29,251 bases of DNA, taken from the NCBI RefSeq assembly GCF_000485595.1, contig NW_014577062.1:850027-879277 (forward strand). Direction: 5' to 3'. How positions within the stretch are numbered: the stretch's first letter is position 1; each line of letters begins with the position of its first letter. This stretch comes from Priapulus caudatus. Taxonomy: Eukaryota. Of the stretch, positions 23,662 to 29,251 are shown piece after piece. The notes beneath the pieces are model-generated. The model was given only the letters and a program-made list of their open reading frames with translations, did no database searches and was not told where the DNA came from. The translations under genes and the position numbers were made by a program.

Positions 23662-23775
23662 TGGATTATCGTGTTTGTTGACTTGACAGGTACCTGACTG
23701 CTTAGTCGGGCAATAAATCTGTGCACAGCTGCACTTTCTGTTATACGCTCTTTGCACTGCGACGACCGGTAAAGG

Positions 23776-25108
23776 ATGAAAGGGCTGTTTATCTTCAGTG
23801 ATGTCAATGACATCGTGTTCTTTCACGGCGACGACGAATTTGTTGATTACATCAACGAGAGAGCGAAAGAGCTGAAGCTGCTGGACCCGGGATTGATGGA
23901 CGAGGGGAGCGAAGAGGTCGATCTCACCGTGCTGCTGCAGCTGTTCAGCCCCATGGTCGTGTCGCACCGCTTCATGCAGCAGCAGCTGCAGCAGCCGTAC
24001 ATGTGCCTGCGCACGGAGAACAACTTCCTCTTCACGTTCCGGCAGTTCTCCGGGCAGCTGTACATGGCCGCGAACGGCGACGGCGACGAGACGGACGCGT
24101 TCCTCGCGCGCAAGCTCTCCACGCTCCACCACATACTGCTCTTCCTCTACGGCCACGCCGCCGGCGCCATCGTCAAGCCCGAGCGCACGAGTGAGCGGCG
24201 GCAGCGCTGGAGCTTCGTTGCCGCGCTGCTCGCGACCTGGGCCGACCTGCAGCGGCACGAGCAGGCGTTCATGGCGGACGCCGTCGAGCGGCTGCGCTCG
24301 AAGCAGGCGCTGAGCGCGCGCACGGTGCGGCTCGCCGAGACCGCGCTCGGCAAGCTGCGCTCGAGCGTGGACGCGAGCGCGCACCACGCGCTGCTTGTCG
24401 TCGACACCAAGCTGCTCGCGCAGTACTCGTGCGGCGGCGCCGCGGGCCTGCACGCGTCCGACATGCTGATGCTCGTCGCGCTGCTGCAGAGCTGCTTCGC
24501 GGGTGAGCGTCGGCACGGCAGCGGCTGCAGCAGCCTCTCAGACAGCGGCGGCGAGCGCTTCTACACGCCGGCGGCGTCGCCGCGTCGCGCGTCCCCCGCC
24601 ACGTCGCCGCGTCGCGCGTCCCCCGCCGCGTCGCGGCTTGAGCTCGACGCGATGTTCGTGCCGAACGCCGACCTCTCGCTCAATTACTCGCACACGTGGT
24701 CGGACCTCGACGCCGAGTTCTCGCGCAGCGGCGGCCGCTCAACGACGCAGAGCCCGCGGCTGAGCGTCTCCGAGGACGACTACCAGTGCGTCGGCGTCTA
24801 CCTGTCCGGCGGCGCGGCGGCGTGCACGCCCGCCGTCGCTCACTGTCTGCGCGTCGCCGCCGGCATCTCGCTCGTTGTCGTCGGCAACAACGAGCGCGAC
24901 CGCACGCCCGCAGCAATCGCCGCGTCGCTGGCCGCCATCGACGACCTCCTGCGACTGCGCACGACAGCGGCAGGGGGCGCCGCCGAGCCGCTCGAGAAGA
25001 GCGTGCGCCAGGTGCTGGATGCGAGGAGGCGGGCTGCCGGCTACGAGGCGCCGGAGAAGGTGTGGCGCGGCGTGCAGGCCGCGAGGGACGCGGTGCTGGC
25101 CGCCGGCG
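23776..25108 (+). CDS. HPS1: HPS1 (BLOC-3 subunit) large first coding exon; 3' end cut by a junction
   Basis: MKGLFIFSDVNDIVFF..D.EF; ANGDGDETDAFLARKL; QRHEQAFMADAVERL; HALLVVDTKLLAQYS..L.ASDML match HPS1 longin-domain motifs. The ORF tail ESNTSFTYQK* (25108-25140) comes from an unrelated repeat. Confidence 0.92.
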
Positions 25109-25969
25109 AATCAAACACTTCATTCACATACCAAAAATGAGCAAAATCCGTTGAACCTGAACTGACTTAGTGGCAATTCCTATTTTTGCCAAAAAATTGC
25201 CGTGGCTCGAAAGTACGTCGACTGGTGTAATACAGAAGGAAAGAGAAGATGATAACAATAACGATAAAGCAGACAGAAATATGAGAATTGTATAATAACC
25301 GAATGTAGGCAGAATTAGGGGCAGGCCCTTTGTGTAAACGCAGGTCCACAACGCGCGTTGACCGCGTACGTGGTAGCCAATGAGAGAGCAACCCACGCAG
25401 CGTGACCATAACCTAAAACAATAGGACGCAGTATAAAAACCTTTGTCCACGCAGCCCGGGCACCTCAGTCGTCTCTGCTATTTGCTGATTAACACAACTA
25501 CGTCTTACTGTTTACTGCCGCTACCAACGTTTGATATGTAAGTTCTGTTTGTATGCCGCGTACACATCTGTACACGTTCTGCTCATTACATGGGCACATA
25601 TTATATGTTATCGTCATTCTTGATCAGTAAAGATGTTTGTGCTTTAACCACGTACCTGCATCGTTCAGTAACTTGTGTATGATGCGTTCAGCGATATCTC
25701 TAATAATATACGTAGCCCACTCATACGATCACGGATAACAGACGGCTAAGGAAGTCATTATTACACTGGCGTGCTCCAAAATAGGACGTTCAAACCTCTC
25801 CCATAGCAGTAACAACTACACCCAATTTCAAACATGTGGGTCAAACGGTTCCTGAGTTATCGTTAACCGTAGCCAAATGTTGACGGAAGGACGGACGAAC
25901 GGACGGACGTACGACGGACGACGACCCATGGCAATAGCTCAGCTTGACGATGTCAAGGTGAGCTAAAAA
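25109..25969 (+). mobile_element. Helentron-like (HINE) element, 5'-truncated; duplicates 28418-29251
   Basis: (GACG)n 25882-25925, stem-loop AGCTCA-CTTGAC gat GTCAAG-TGAGCT then AAAAA; about 810 bp near-identical to 28418-29251. Confidence 0.7.
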
Positions 25970-26231
25970 TTTAGCAAATGTTTTTTGGTTTGGATTAGTT
26001 TGTTAATCAACACGGAACAGATTACTACAGATTAACCATTCGAACCTACGCAGACTCGTCTCATTGCGTTTTAGATTTTAACATCTTACTAATACTGTTC
26101 AATGAATAAAACATCATTACGCTTGTACTTATTTAAAAAAAAAACTAATGAAACTTTCACACAAAAGAAAACTATTACGCAATTAAAGATCAACCTTAAA
26201 ATCGTAAATTTCTATTGTTTCGGCTGCTTAC

Positions 26232-26376
26232 ACGAGATTGCTTGTCCCACTCTTCTTTATTCTCCATCATCGACTGGATTTCGTTGATCTTTTTTAGCGA
26301 ATCCAAGCTCTCATCCAAGAGGAATGTCGTGTCGTTCATGAGCATGTTGACGAACCTCACAAATTGCTTACCAGAC
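26232..26376 (-). CDS. UBE4B: UBE4B exon (Ufd2 core)
   Basis: [52 protein letters not shown] acceptor, CGT|GTAAGC donor. Confidence 0.94.
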
Positions 26377-26543
26377 CTATAGGAGGCATCAAGCATCCTC
26401 AGTCAGTTGCAAATCCATTACTTCACACTATAGTTTTTTTCATCGTGGTAACTACAAATATATACTCAATGATATACGTATAACACATTATATAATACAT
26501 AACAAACGTGGGCATTTGCATATACATATACCAAAGTAGAAGT

Positions 26544-26680
26544 ATTGAAGAATATGAAATCAGCATATGTAAATAACCAAAAGACCAATAGTATGCTAAA
26601 TTTAGAAATTCATTTGAAGAATATTAAATAAGCATATGTAAATAACCAGAAGACCAATGGTATGCTAAATTTCGAAATAA
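26544..26680. repeat. Two-copy ~68-bp tandem duplication in UBE4B intron
   Basis: TTGAAGAATAT.AAAT.AGCATATGTAAATAACCA.AAGACCAAT.GTATGCTAAATTT.GAAAT occurs twice in tandem. Confidence 0.85.
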
Positions 26681-26718
26681 ATTCAATTGGTTAGAAAAGC
26701 CTTCTATATCTTACTCAC

Positions 26719-26845
26719 GCTGACTCCTGAATGGTTGCTTGCTGATGGCCAGGATTCTGCCACAGTCCCTTGAAGATGACACTTATGTGGTAGCGAATGC
26801 TGAACTTATCATAAAACTCACTACTTGCTCCTGTTGTCTCAATAT
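26719..26845 (-). CDS. UBE4B: UBE4B exon (Ufd2 core)
   Basis: DIETTGASSEFYDKFSIRYHISVIFKGLWQN (human [31 protein letters not shown]); CTGCAG acceptor, GC|GTGAGT donor joins in phase to 26376. Confidence 0.94.
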
Positions 26846-27044
26846 CTGCAGCAACAAACATGACAGCAGGGTAACCAATGTTAAGAACCCTCAGCATTCT
26901 AGCAATCAACACACTGGCATTGCATGCACTCACTTACACCAAGTTTTAACACAGCAAACAAAGTAATAACGGACAGAGATTTTGCATCACGATAAAATAG
27001 GTATCAAGGATGCTACATTCCACATTTTAATAGGCTGATGCCAT

Positions 27045-27357
27045 CAAGAAACGAGTGTAAATGTAACAGCATGTTCAATGAGGATTCGCTGCAGGAGCTG
27101 CAGAAGAAAGTGAATGTAAGCAGAAGTGTCACAGCAGTAAGTTAGAAGGAAGTGAGACACAGTGGCAGGGTAAGTGACCTGGTTTTGGTACGCTGCGCAC
27201 CTTCTCCCCAAGATGTGTAAGTAGACCATGTTTGGTCACGCTAGGTCAATTACGAGTCGAGTTATAGAGCGGAAGGGAAAGTGTTTGCGGTGGCGGCGGC
27301 GGCTGGAGAGACATGAAACCATAGTATCCCCGCCGACTTCGTCGCGGGGGATACAAT
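27045..27357 (+). mobile_element. Short Helentron-like element
   Basis: GTGACC/GGTCAC core, (GGC)n run, terminal stem-loop GTATCCCCGCCGAC ttc GTCGCGGGGGATAC; boundaries approximate. Confidence 0.45.
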
Positions 27358-27458
27358 TACCACTGAATTATTACTGAAATCAGAGAAATTAGTCTGAGAT
27401 TTTTTTTAGGTCTAGCGATCGTGTATATGCTACTTGCAGCAGGAAGGCATATTCTCAC

Positions 27459-27593
27459 CGGCCGCAGGAATGCGTGCTGAATGTGTTTAGTAAGATAGTG
27501 AAGCAGATCGACCGTCTCCCTGGCTAGCGTCAGGTATGACCGGCACTGGCGCTCCTCGCTCGATAGCGCCCTCTGTCTGTTCTGCTGCTGATC
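27459..27593 (-). CDS. UBE4B: UBE4B exon (out of expected order)
   Basis: [45 protein letters not shown] (human [45 protein letters not shown]); 135 nt, phase 0/0. Confidence 0.93.
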
Positions 27594-28321
27594 CTGCAAA
27601 TGCCAACATCATGAGCCGAAGAATGAAAGTGTCAATGACACTGTAGCTCACCACAAAAAAGGACACAAATGAGTGAGTGAGTAGAAGTCAGTTTTAATTG
27701 AGCAACCATCAACGTACATTATAGAAACGAAAAGTATATATGGGAGAACTCCCATTATATACTCTTGATAATTATGTGTAATTTTTTATGTGAAAATAAA
27801 TCTTTGAGATGGGAAAGTCTGAGATGTGGGCGAGTGATGGCGTTACACCTAAATGATCGCCATTTAACATTTTTATAATATTCAGATTTAGGCACTGCCT
27901 AAAAGCGGAGCTCCCGATGTGTAACGTGTAAGATTGAGAAGATACGCTTATTCCACGTAGCTGCTATATACCACGTGACAATGGTGTTTCCCTACTCATA
28001 ACACAACTTTTGTCAAAGGTTAATTGATTGCATGGAAGTGTTTACTTCGTATGAGTTTTTCTAGGCGGTAGCACACGGTTGCCATCTGTATATCGCAATA
28101 ATAATTTATAAACAAAAATGAATCACAATTTGTGACGGTAGATAGCGCTATACCCGCTTTGATGTTTCTTAGCGATGGCGTTCGAAATATAATAATAGTA
28201 GGTTATGCGCGTCTGACATGTTTTGTAAAACACTTACTCTAATATAGACGTTTATCGCAGGGTGGAGAGGAAATAACCAATTTTTGCATTAAAGATATTG
28301 TCAATGAAATCTTGTAAAACG

Positions 28322-29251
28322 AACAAGACGAGTGTGACACCACAGACTGTTATCTGCTGTGTCTATATAATATGCTATATAATGCCAAAACCTACCTAAT
28401 TTGCATAATAAAAAAAAATACAAACACTTCATTCCCATACCAAAAATGAGCAAAATTCCGTTGAACCTGAACTGACTTAGTGGCAATTCCCATTTTTGCC
28501 AAAAAATTGCCGTGGCTTAAAAAGTACGTCGGACTGGTGTAATACAGAAGGGAAAGAGAAAGATCATAATGATAACGAAAATGCACAGCAACAGAAATAT
28601 GAGAATGTATAATAACCGAATTGTAGCAGAATTAGGGGCCGAGGCCCTTTGTGTAAACGCAGGTCCACGACGCGAGTTTGAGCCGCGTACGTGGTAGCCA
28701 ATGAGAGAGCGACCCACGCAAGCGTGACCATTAACCTAAAACAATAGGAAGGGTATGCAGTATAAAAACCTTTGTCCACGCAGCCCGGGCATCTCAGTCG
28801 TCTCTGCCATTTGCTGATTAACACAACTACGTCTTACTGTTTACTGCCGCTACCAACGTTTGATATGTAAGTTCTGTTTGTATTCCTGGCGTACACATCT
28901 GTACAGCGTTCTGCCTCATTACATGGGCACATATTATATGTTATCGTCATTCTTGATCAGTAAAGATGTTTGTGCTTTAACCCCGTACCTACATCGTTCA
29001 GTAACTTGTGATGTATGCGTTTCAGCGATATCTCTATATATAGTTACGTAGGCCCACTCATCGATCATCACGGAAATCAGACGGCTAAAGGAAGTCATTA
29101 TTACACTGGCGAGTCTAGCGTGCTCCAAAATAGGACGTTCAAACTCTCCCATACAGTAACAACTATACCCAATTTTCAAAACATTGTGGTCAAACGGTTC
29201 CTGAGTTTACGTTAATCGTAGTCCAAAATGTTGACGGAAGGACGGACTGGT
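28322..29251 (+). mobile_element. Helentron-like (HINE) element running off the window
   Basis: 28418-29251 matches 25109-~25920 with extra indels and reaches the (GACG)n microsatellite at the edge; 5' start at AACAAGAC is a guess. Confidence 0.6.

Noticed and set aside
25109..25140. 454-aa ORF 23776-25140 as a complete intronless gene
   Set aside because: The last ~10 codons come from the repeat also present at 28418; the real HPS1 C-terminus is encoded at 13868-17348.

Overview
Eukaryotic (AT-rich invertebrate-type) genomic DNA from an error-prone draft assembly; there is no sign of prokaryotic content. Four conserved genes are recognisable by similarity to remembered human orthologues: single-exon TMEM60 (+), four-exon CDIN1/C15orf41 (+), HPS1 (+; BLOC-3 subunit) and the 3' exons of the U-box ligase UBE4B/Ufd2 (-), convergent with HPS1. 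TMEM60, CDIN1 and HPS1 lie head-to-tail with only 124 bp and 114 bp between stop and next ATG, which is operon/polycistron-like and is the best candidate for undescribed biology. The last HPS1 exon sits between two different 30-bp minisatellites; a variant unit of one supplies its splice acceptor and a variant unit of the other its stop codon. Introns and intergenic DNA hold hAT- and Mutator-type MITEs with intact TSDs, Helentron-like elements, a LINE RT fragment and strong hairpins. Local order is unreliable: the CDIN1-exon4/HPS1-exon1 block occurs twice (inverted at 11.5-13.2 kb around a 25-N gap, and inside a UBE4B intron at 23-25.1 kb), UBE4B exons are out of order, and several stretches carry long-read-type indels.
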